This document shows, one piece after another, positions 37,261-43,885 of a DNA stretch of 43,885 bases; position 1 is the first letter of the stretch, and each line of letters opens with the position of its first letter. The stretch covers positions 1-43,885 of the forward strand of contig JBDQPD010000015.1 of the NCBI GenBank assembly GCA_040260805.1, given 5' to 3'. This stretch comes from Myxococcota bacterium (GTDB taxonomy: Bacteria > Myxococcota > UBA4151). A program made the position numbers and the translations under genes. Below the pieces are notes generated by a model. The model had not been told where the DNA came from. It searched no databases and saw nothing but the letters and a program-made list of their open reading frames with translations.

Positions 37261-38382
37261 CTAAGGTTTGATGACATAGCTCCGCTTCACAAAAGTCGGC
37301 TCGCGGCTGGGTCTAAAGTTGAGTTGCTGGCCGACAACCTCCCCCTCGATGCAGGCGTTGAAGCGTTTCGAGCGATACTTTTTACGCCCATAACGCACCG
37401 AATTCGTCGTCGCAGCAGCCACCCGCCCATCGCCCATGACCCCTAATCGCAGGCTCACGCGAACCGCTCCACTGCGCTTGAGCCAGAGCGTCCCTTGCTT
37501 CCCTAAGCGTCGTAGACAACCTTTGAGACGTCCCTCATCAAAAGAGCTCACGACCTTACGCCTCTTCTTTTGGGTCGGCGTCGGCTGAGACGGGGTCACG
37601 ACCTTTGAGCCCTCTGGAACGGCGGCTGCCGGGATCTGAGGCTTCTTTGATGGCGGCTCAACCTTGAGACGCTCGCTCCGCTCAGTCTTAACCGCTTTAG
37701 GGTAAGTCGGAAGCTCGCCGACCGGCGGTGGGAGTGAAATTTGTGCTCCCTCTTGAAAGCCTTGACTGACCGCAAAAATAGCGGCGAGCGCAAAGACAAC
37801 CACCATCGCAATAGGCTGGCGCCAGCGGCGCCAATTGTAGATCCGGCGCACCTTAAAATCGGCGTCGATGACCACGTCATCAAGATGCTCTTCCTGGGTA
37901 AAATCAATGGTGATCGGCGCCACCGTTGGAGGCGGCCGGTCCAGCGGCTTTTTCGGGGCTTGAAGCGGTACGCTCCAGCCCTGCTCACCGCCAGGTAATG
38001 CACCCAACTCGGCAAGTTGAATCGGAACCATGGTCTGGTCAGCATCGGCGACCGGTTTTGCGGAGCCTAAGCCTTGAACTGCGAGGGTCAGCTCATCGAC
38101 CTGCCGCAGCGGGCTGATCAACTGCAGGTGCGGCAAGGCTAGACTCGGCGGCTCAAATCCCACCCAAAGAACGCACTCAAGCGCTTCGCCAAGCTGAGCC
38201 AAGGCGCGCAGGTCATCTGCGGTCTCGCCCATCCCATCAACGATCACTCGATTGACAGGAAGCTGTCGACTGCGCGCCTCATCCAAGCTGGTGACAACCG
38301 TCAAAGTGACCCCGACGTCAGCCAGAGCACGAACAAGCTCAGAGGTGGGCAGCCCAGGACTTCGCAGCGCAATAATCTGCAT
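37261..38382 (-). CDS. Hypothetical bitopic membrane protein (degenerate receiver-like N-terminus, Pro-rich linker, TonB-C/AgmX-like C-terminus)
   Basis: alpha/beta N-terminus, TM 'IAMVVVFALAAIFAV', Pro/Lys linker, 'LKGC…VSLRLGVMGDGRV…FNACI' C-terminal domain. Confidence 0.6.
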   Translation of the reverse strand: MQIIALRSPGLPTSELVRALADVGVTLTVVTSLDEARSRQLPVNRVIVDGMGETADDLRALAQLGEALECVLWVGFEPPSLALPHLQLISPLRQVDELTLAVQGLGSAKPVADADQTMVPIQLAELGALPGGEQGWSVPLQAPKKPLDRPPPTVAPITIDFTQEEHLDDVVIDADFKVRRIYNWRRWRQPIAMVVVFALAAIFAVSQGFQEGAQISLPPPVGELPTYPKAVKTERSERLKVEPPSKKPQIPAAAVPEGSKVVTPSQPTPTQKKRRKVVSSFDEGRLKGCLRRLGKQGTLWLKRSGAVRVSLRLGVMGDGRVAAATTNSVRYGRKKYRSKRFNACIEGEVVGQQLNFRPSREPTFVKRSYVIKP

Positions 38383-38400
38383 TAGCTCAGTCGCTCTTGG

Positions 38401-38838
38401 CTAAAAATCTTGTTGTCCACCTGTCGGCCCTCGCAGGGGTGAGATAAACCCCACCTGCCCTTCGACCACATCAGCAACAGGCTTCCTCGCTGCAACTTTG
38501 GGCTCCAAGGCGACACCGAGCTCGGCACGCTGAAGCATGTTGGGTAGCTTGGTCAGGACCTCAAAGCGCGTGATCCGAACCAGCGAGGCGCCCAAACCAG
38601 GAGGCGGCTCATTACCCACCCAAAGCAAGGGGGGGCCAGCGAGGCTCTCGTGGCGACAAAGATCGGACAAGGTGGCCTCATCGCCGTCGCTCGGCGCGAC
38701 GATCAAGAGATTGGCCTGATCCTCATAAGGCTCGAAGGTTTCTGGGTGGACATGATCCGCTCGCCAGCCCTCCTGCTCGAGAACTGCAGCGATAGCTGAG
38801 CGAAGATCGCGGTTGGCACTAAGAAGAACTGCGAGCAC
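38401..38838 (-). CDS. Hypothetical protein, degenerate receiver-like fold
   Basis: GTG at 38838 preceded by AGGAGG; 'VLLSANRDLRSAIAAVLEQEGW' resembles receiver beta1-alpha1 but lacks the acidic pocket. Confidence 0.55.
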   Translation of the reverse strand: MLAVLLSANRDLRSAIAAVLEQEGWRADHVHPETFEPYEDQANLLIVAPSDGDEATLSDLCRHESLAGPPLLWVGNEPPPGLGASLVRITRFEVLTKLPNMLQRAELGVALEPKVAARKPVADVVEGQVGFISPLRGPTGGQQDF

Positions 38839-38935
38839 ATCCACCTCCTGCGGCAGCAGTTTGCACGCTTGACGCGCATTCGTGAAGCGCTCAGATTTTT
38901 TGCGTTGTACCCCGCCTACAACCAACATCTCGTTT

Positions 38936-39157
38936 ATGAAACTAACGACCATACAGGCCGCTCATTGGCGGCGATGTGTTGAGGCATGGTTTGAGCGTCC
39001 GTCAGGGAAGCTGCTCAAACTCGATTGTCCTCGCTGCGACGCTCCATTGCACATTGATGGCTGGAAGAAACTCAGCACCGCCTTTGTCGAGCGAGAGTCG
39101 CTGGCATGCAGCGCATGCGGCTGCGAAACCATTTTACAAGATGATTGGGTGCACTAA
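38936..39157 (+). CDS. Small zinc-ribbon protein
   Basis: ATG 38936; CPRC…CSACG; 73 aa; divergent from the 38838 gene and upstream of cpaB. Confidence 0.55.
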   Translation: MKLTTIQAAHWRRCVEAWFERPSGKLLKLDCPRCDAPLHIDGWKKLSTAFVERESLACSACGCETILQDDWVH

Positions 39158-39229
39158 GCAACCCAAGCTCTTTGTTGACGAAGCTTTACACAGGCGCTCG
39201 CGCGACGCGAGGAACGATCCGGAGGCTCT

Positions 39230-40057
39230 ATGAACAACACCGACGCACCACGCGACAGCCAAGGCAGCCGAAGAACCTATCTGGTTGCAGCCGTCCTTGC
39301 CGCGTTAGCTGGCTTACTGGCCTACTCGTCGATCAGTCAGCGCCGCGCCGAGGTCGAGCGAGGCTGGGAGCCGACTCCGATCTTAGTCGCAGCGCGTGAC
39401 ATCTCCGGTGGCACCGTACTCGACCAGGATATGTTGCGCGTCGAGGCGATCCCCTCGCGCTTGGTCACGCCCTCGATCGTTCGCTCTGACCTTCTCGCCA
39501 GCGTTCAAGACGCCAAGCTCTTGCTGCCCATGAAAAAGGGCGACCTGCTCAACTTCAATATGCTCCAAGGTACTCAGATGAGCGAGGCCCTGAGTCAGGA
39601 CCTCGCCAAAGGGGTTCGAGCGCTGAGCTTGAGAGTCAACGTCGAGTCTTCAATCAATCGAATGGTGCGACCGAACGATCACATTGATGTCTTGGTCACC
39701 TATCGTGATCCGACAACCCGGACGGTGACCACTCAGACCTTGCTCGAAAATATTGTCGTGCTCGCTACTGGCGAAATCTACGGCGGCACCCAGCTCGGCT
39801 TTGTCGACGAGGACGCCCGTAAATACGTGACGGTCACCGTCGAGTTGACCCCCCAAGAAGTCGAACTCGCAGTGCAAGCCCAGAGTATGGGCGCCATCTA
39901 CATGAGCTTACGCCATCCCGATGATCCTGAAGTGATGGAAGATCGTGCCCGAACCAATGTCGATACGATCATGACGGGGGAACGCGCCGACCAGCTGCGT
40001 AAGAAGCGAAGGAAGACGCCTCGTCTGCCCCAGGTTCTTAGGGGAGCGGGCAAGTGA
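39230..40057 (+). CDS. cpaB: Flp/Tad pilus assembly protein CpaB (RcpC)
   Basis: TM, SAF domain 'LVAARDISGGTVL', 'GVRALSLRV', 'VRPNDHIDVL', 'LLENIVVLATG', 'TVTVELTPQE'. GGAGG RBS. Confidence 0.9.
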   Translation: MNNTDAPRDSQGSRRTYLVAAVLAALAGLLAYSSISQRRAEVERGWEPTPILVAARDISGGTVLDQDMLRVEAIPSRLVTPSIVRSDLLASVQDAKLLLPMKKGDLLNFNMLQGTQMSEALSQDLAKGVRALSLRVNVESSINRMVRPNDHIDVLVTYRDPTTRTVTTQTLLENIVVLATGEIYGGTQLGFVDEDARKYVTVTVELTPQEVELAVQAQSMGAIYMSLRHPDDPEVMEDRARTNVDTIMTGERADQLRKKRRKTPRLPQVLRGAGK

Positions 40058-40896
40058 TTGAAGGCCTGGCAGCGCTGATCGCTGCCTGCGCGGCGGGGCT
40101 CCTTGCCCACGCCTCCGGACTCGCTCTGCAACGAGCGATGAAGCGCCAGCGTGAGCGCTATCTCGAAGAGAACCTGTCTCGTCGCGAAGCGGTCCTGCAT
40201 CTGACGCCGAACCAGCGCGTGGTCCTCGCGCTGACTGCCGCCTTGAGTGTTGCCGTCATCGGCTGGGTGGTGATGGGATTAGCCGCAGGCGTCTTGCTTG
40301 GGTTTTGCGGCTTGTTTGTGCCTGGGCTCTACATCCAAATCCTCACCACTCGGCGGCTCGCCGAGTTCAATGAACAGCTTGTCGACACCCTCAACGCGCT
40401 CAGCTCCGCTTTTCGAGCCGGGCTAAGTTTTGCTCAAGCCATCGAGGCCGTCGCTGAGGAAGCCGAGAATCCCTTGGGTCATGAATTCCGGATCGCTGTG
40501 CGCGAGATGCGCATGGGCGTCGAGATCCCCGAAGCCCTGAACCACGTCGCAGAGCGAACAGGCTCCGACGACATGGCCTTGGTAGCGACCAGCACCGCCG
40601 TTGCTGCGGGAATGGGTGGCAACATGGCAGAGATGTTTGAGACCATCTCGCGGACGATCGCTGACCGCTTTCGCATTGAAGGGCGTATCAATGCGCTCAC
40701 TGCGATGGGTCGCATGCAAGGCATCGTGGTGGCGCTGCTGCCCTTTGCGCTCGCCATTGCGTTGAACTGGATGCGACCTGATTTGATGGGCCCGATGATG
40801 GCTCATCCCTTCGGCTGGGCGCTGATCGCATCGATCCTCACGTTAGATCTCTGCGGCGCGCTGATCATCAAGCGCATCGTTGAGATTGATGTCTAA
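40054..40896 (+). CDS. tadB: Tad inner-membrane platform protein TadB (T2SS F family)
   Basis: 'FNEQLVDTL…RAGLSFAQAI…PLGHEF…GGNMAEMF…ALTAMGRMQG'. Confidence 0.88.
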   Translation: MIEGLAALIAACAAGLLAHASGLALQRAMKRQRERYLEENLSRREAVLHLTPNQRVVLALTAALSVAVIGWVVMGLAAGVLLGFCGLFVPGLYIQILTTRRLAEFNEQLVDTLNALSSAFRAGLSFAQAIEAVAEEAENPLGHEFRIAVREMRMGVEIPEALNHVAERTGSDDMALVATSTAVAAGMGGNMAEMFETISRTIADRFRIEGRINALTAMGRMQGIVVALLPFALAIALNWMRPDLMGPMMAHPFGWALIASILTLDLCGALIIKRIVEIDV

Positions 40897-40899
40897 TCC

Positions 40900-41790
40900 A
40901 TGACGGTCTCCAATCTCCTCATGCTCGGGTCGATCCTCGCCGCCATGGCGGTCGCCTTTCTCGTCTTGCGCGGCTTTATCGAGCGATTTGCGCCGCGGAT
41001 CCAAGACGAGATGGCGAAGCATGGAGAGCGCAATAAGATTCAGGCTGCTCGCTCCGCTGCGGTTCGACTGACCGCCCATGCCCTCTCGGGGCGGATCAAC
41101 GATAAACACAGCGATCGCCTGCGCGGTCAGATTGTTCAGCTTGGCTCGCCCCAAGGGATGACCCCCGAGGTCCTTATTGCCGGTCGAATGACGAGCGCAG
41201 CCGCCTTTGGTTTTAGCTTTTTACTGCTGGCTTTGTTCGCAGGCCAGTTAGGGCTTGCCCCTATATTTTTAGTTCTGGGTATGGCGCTTGGTTGGCTGAT
41301 TGCCTTGTTCTGGTTTCGCCAGCAACTGACCGACCGTCGCCGCGCCATTCTGCGTGCCCTACCCTACGAACTCGATCTGCTGACGCTTGCCGTTGAAGCC
41401 GGCCTCGATTTTGTGGGCGGTCTGCACAAAGTCGTCGAGAAGGGTAGAGACGGCCCGCTCAAGGACGAACTCAATTTGGTCCTAAGAGCGATCCGGCTGG
41501 GTCGAAGCCGCAGCGAAGCCTTGTCCCAGATGGCTGATCGAGTGGACCTCCCGCCGGTCAGGGCATGGGTTCGAGCGCTCGTCCAAGCGGATCGTATGGG
41601 CACGCCCCTAGGCAGGATTTTGCGCATGCAGGCCGACCGGCTGCGTGAGCGCAGGGCTCAAGCCGCAGAAAAAGCAGCCAATGAGGCGCCAGTGAAGTTG
41701 CTCTTCCCGCTGATCTTCTTCATCTTCCCCACGGTCTTTCTGGTTCTTTTTGGACCCATTGTATTTCGTATCTTCTTCGTAGGGTTGTAG
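40900..41790 (+). CDS. tadC: Tad inner-membrane platform protein TadC
   Basis: 'LPYELDLLTLAVEAGL…QADRMGTP…AEKAANEAPVKLLFPLIFFIFP'. Confidence 0.9.
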   Translation: MTVSNLLMLGSILAAMAVAFLVLRGFIERFAPRIQDEMAKHGERNKIQAARSAAVRLTAHALSGRINDKHSDRLRGQIVQLGSPQGMTPEVLIAGRMTSAAAFGFSFLLLALFAGQLGLAPIFLVLGMALGWLIALFWFRQQLTDRRRAILRALPYELDLLTLAVEAGLDFVGGLHKVVEKGRDGPLKDELNLVLRAIRLGRSRSEALSQMADRVDLPPVRAWVRALVQADRMGTPLGRILRMQADRLRERRAQAAEKAANEAPVKLLFPLIFFIFPTVFLVLFGPIVFRIFFVGL

Positions 41791-43083
41791 ATGGCACTGG
41801 TCGTCAACATCATCGAGGGTGAACGCGCCGGAGAGCAGCTCCGGTTTGACGCCTTGTCAGTATCGGTTGGCCGCGCAGATCAGTGCAGCATTCAGCTGCC
41901 TGATCGGGGAATCTCTCGGCATCATTGCGAGCTGAGTATCCACAACGGCGAGCTTTGGATCCAAGACCAAGGGACAACCAACGGCACGCAACTCAACGGT
42001 GAAACCGTTCATCGAGCTCGCGTCGCCAACGGCAGCGAAATCGTCGTGGGGCCGGTCCGCTTCCGGGTGCTCCTCGAAGGCGCCGGTGACATGAACTACA
42101 AAGAGCTTGCCGACTACCGGGGGCTCTTTAACGCCACCGGGGCCGATGTCATGTCGAGCGTACCGATACCCCACCCGAGCTTGCGCGGCGGAAATCGCTG
42201 GGTTGAGCCAGGCGTTGATCCCAAGCTGCGTATGCTTCGGGTCGTCGCCGCGGCGATGGTCATCTTGTTTCTCGGCCTGTTCGCAGCGGCTCAACTTGGC
42301 CTGGTCAGCGAACCCGAAGATGGACTCAACACCAGCTATCCTGTCCTCAAGCTTGTACCCAATCAGACCTTCAAAGGGATGATCGGATACAGCGAGCGCA
42401 GTCGACCCGAGGTAAGCAGTCAAAAAGGCGTGATCCTCAGCTTTGACCATGCGCCAGGATTCGCTGTTTTGACCATGGACGTCGCCTCCATCGACACCGG
42501 TCGAGAGCTTGAGTTGGTGCTCAATGGTAAGTCATTGCTCTTTGCACCTAAATCCAAGCAATGGCTCATCGGAGGGGTGTCCATACTGCTTCCAGAGGCT
42601 AATCTACTAGCCAAAGGCAACCAGCTCGAGCTTCGTCATCGCCAGGATAAAGAGACCTCACCCTCCTGGGGTGTCCGCCAAATACGCTTGCGCCACTTCC
42701 CGGCTCCAGCAGCCGATCTGCAAACGGCTCGACAACATTTTGATATGGCGAAAGCCCGCTTCCGCAGTCGACGTGTTCACCCTCATAACCTCCCCGCCGC
42801 CGCTCGACTCTTTCGAGACGCTGCGCTCTTGACCTACAGCCTTGAGCCGCGGCCCGGGGTGTTTCTAGAGGCGCGTCAGCGCTTCGCCGTGGCGCACCAA
42901 GAATTGACCGGGGAATTCAGGCGTAGTTTCCTCGATGCGCAGCGCGCCAGCCAGCTTGAAGGGCGCGCCGCGGCGTGCCGCGCACTCGATACCGCCGTGA
43001 GGCGCTTCACAGATCGTGACGACTGGCGTTATCAACGAGCCACCGAAGCACGACGTAAAGTGTGCAGTGAGGGCTTAAGGTGA
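41791..43083 (+). CDS. FHA-domain bitopic membrane protein
   Basis: FHA signature VGR…SRHH…TNGT, TM 'VVAAAMVILFLGLFAAA', periplasmic beta domain and a helical C-terminus. Confidence 0.88.
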   Translation: MALVVNIIEGERAGEQLRFDALSVSVGRADQCSIQLPDRGISRHHCELSIHNGELWIQDQGTTNGTQLNGETVHRARVANGSEIVVGPVRFRVLLEGAGDMNYKELADYRGLFNATGADVMSSVPIPHPSLRGGNRWVEPGVDPKLRMLRVVAAAMVILFLGLFAAAQLGLVSEPEDGLNTSYPVLKLVPNQTFKGMIGYSERSRPEVSSQKGVILSFDHAPGFAVLTMDVASIDTGRELELVLNGKSLLFAPKSKQWLIGGVSILLPEANLLAKGNQLELRHRQDKETSPSWGVRQIRLRHFPAPAADLQTARQHFDMAKARFRSRRVHPHNLPAAARLFRDAALLTYSLEPRPGVFLEARQRFAVAHQELTGEFRRSFLDAQRASQLEGRAAACRALDTAVRRFTDRDDWRYQRATEARRKVCSEGLR

Positions 43084-43820
43084 GCGATCCTAAGGACCAT
43101 CCCAAGGGACAAGAGGAACTCGATTCCCTTGGTCAAACCGAGGAAAACTCCGAGCCCGGCGCCGATGAGCGCACCATGTTTGACACCGAAATGCTCGATC
43201 GTTTGAACGCACTGCATGACGACGAAGACGAGTTTGACGAGCATGATGAAGACACTGGCGCCGAACCTGAGGACCACACCGGCCCCGGCGATGCGCTCCC
43301 CAGCCAGATCTCTTCGCTTCAAGACGTGGGAGACTTGGTCGAGCCAGTGACCGGTGATGTCGTCGACGATGGAACCCAGCCGAGCTCGTCGCTGGAAAAA
43401 CTGATCAACGAGGAAGTGGGTGAAGAGACCAAAGACGTGCCGCTGGATATGGAGCTGTCGAATTTGGCAGAATCGAGCAGCAACAACGTCACTCGCCCTG
43501 GCTTTCAGTCCGAGCCCAAGGCGGTCCTCGATGAGGAGCTAACGCCCCCTGAAGGCGCCCCGGTTGTCGGCACGGCAGATCACATCGACAAATTCAACGG
43601 TCCCGCAGCGAGCACCCCGACGGGTGCAGAGCTCTGGGATGAAGTCAGCGAACCGGGTGACCGAAGCCTCAGCCCAACCCCTGCGGCTGCTCAAGATCAT
43701 TCGGTGGAAGCGACCGCCGCTCTTCTCATCGAAAACATGCCCGAAACAGGCGACGTTGAGATGGCACTCGGTGACCAGAACAGTGGAGAAGATCGCACCG
43801 ATCGAGAGACCGTATCGTAG
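43080..43820 (+). CDS. Highly acidic, low-complexity hypothetical protein
   Basis: GTGA overlap with the FHA gene stop; D/E/P/S/T-rich with no hydrophobic core. Confidence 0.6.
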   Translation: MSDPKDHPKGQEELDSLGQTEENSEPGADERTMFDTEMLDRLNALHDDEDEFDEHDEDTGAEPEDHTGPGDALPSQISSLQDVGDLVEPVTGDVVDDGTQPSSSLEKLINEEVGEETKDVPLDMELSNLAESSSNNVTRPGFQSEPKAVLDEELTPPEGAPVVGTADHIDKFNGPAASTPTGAELWDEVSEPGDRSLSPTPAAAQDHSVEATAALLIENMPETGDVEMALGDQNSGEDRTDRETVS

Positions 43821-43885
43821 GAATACAGCTCATAGCGGCCCACGGCGTGAGGCGCTGTCGTGCAATTAACGGGTAGGACATCATC

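Noticed and set aside
43821..43885. Possible minus-strand gene end at the window edge
   Set aside because: Too short to assign; the open frames overlap the acidic ORF and show no recognisable motif.

Overview
A gene-dense, GC-rich (about 60% by eye) chromosomal window. Its gene content points to a Myxococcota/deltaproteobacterial organism: two Hanks-type Ser/Thr kinases, a Tgl/PilF-like lipoprotein next to recO, and a Tad cluster with an FHA protein. It is mostly core genome: xerD, guaAB, recO, recJ, divergent tRNA-Glu(TTC)/tRNA-Lys(TTT), ybdK, an rpmG (L33) absent from the ORF track, gluQ, ridA-thiS-thiG, bioBFDA, tgt and queA. I saw no CRISPR array, IS, prophage or rRNA. Main points of interest: (1) a biotin operon with no bioC/bioH/bioW that ends in a ferritin-like di-iron gene (BioE-type route to pimelate) coupled to an ArsC-like gene; (2) a lipoprotein that looks like a circularly permuted alpha/beta-hydrolase esterase with a large acidic insertion; (3) a non-flagellar FlgP/LPP20-like + FlgT-like + FecR + amidase + xerD operon; (4) an identical bipartite ECF-promoter-like motif (TCTTTTGAAT-N17-CGTC) upstream of that operon and of the hypothetical-guaB-guaA operon; (5) a cpaB-tadB-tadC-FHA cluster resembling the Myxococcus Kil predation apparatus. 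All family assignments come from motif recognition by eye. No searches were run.
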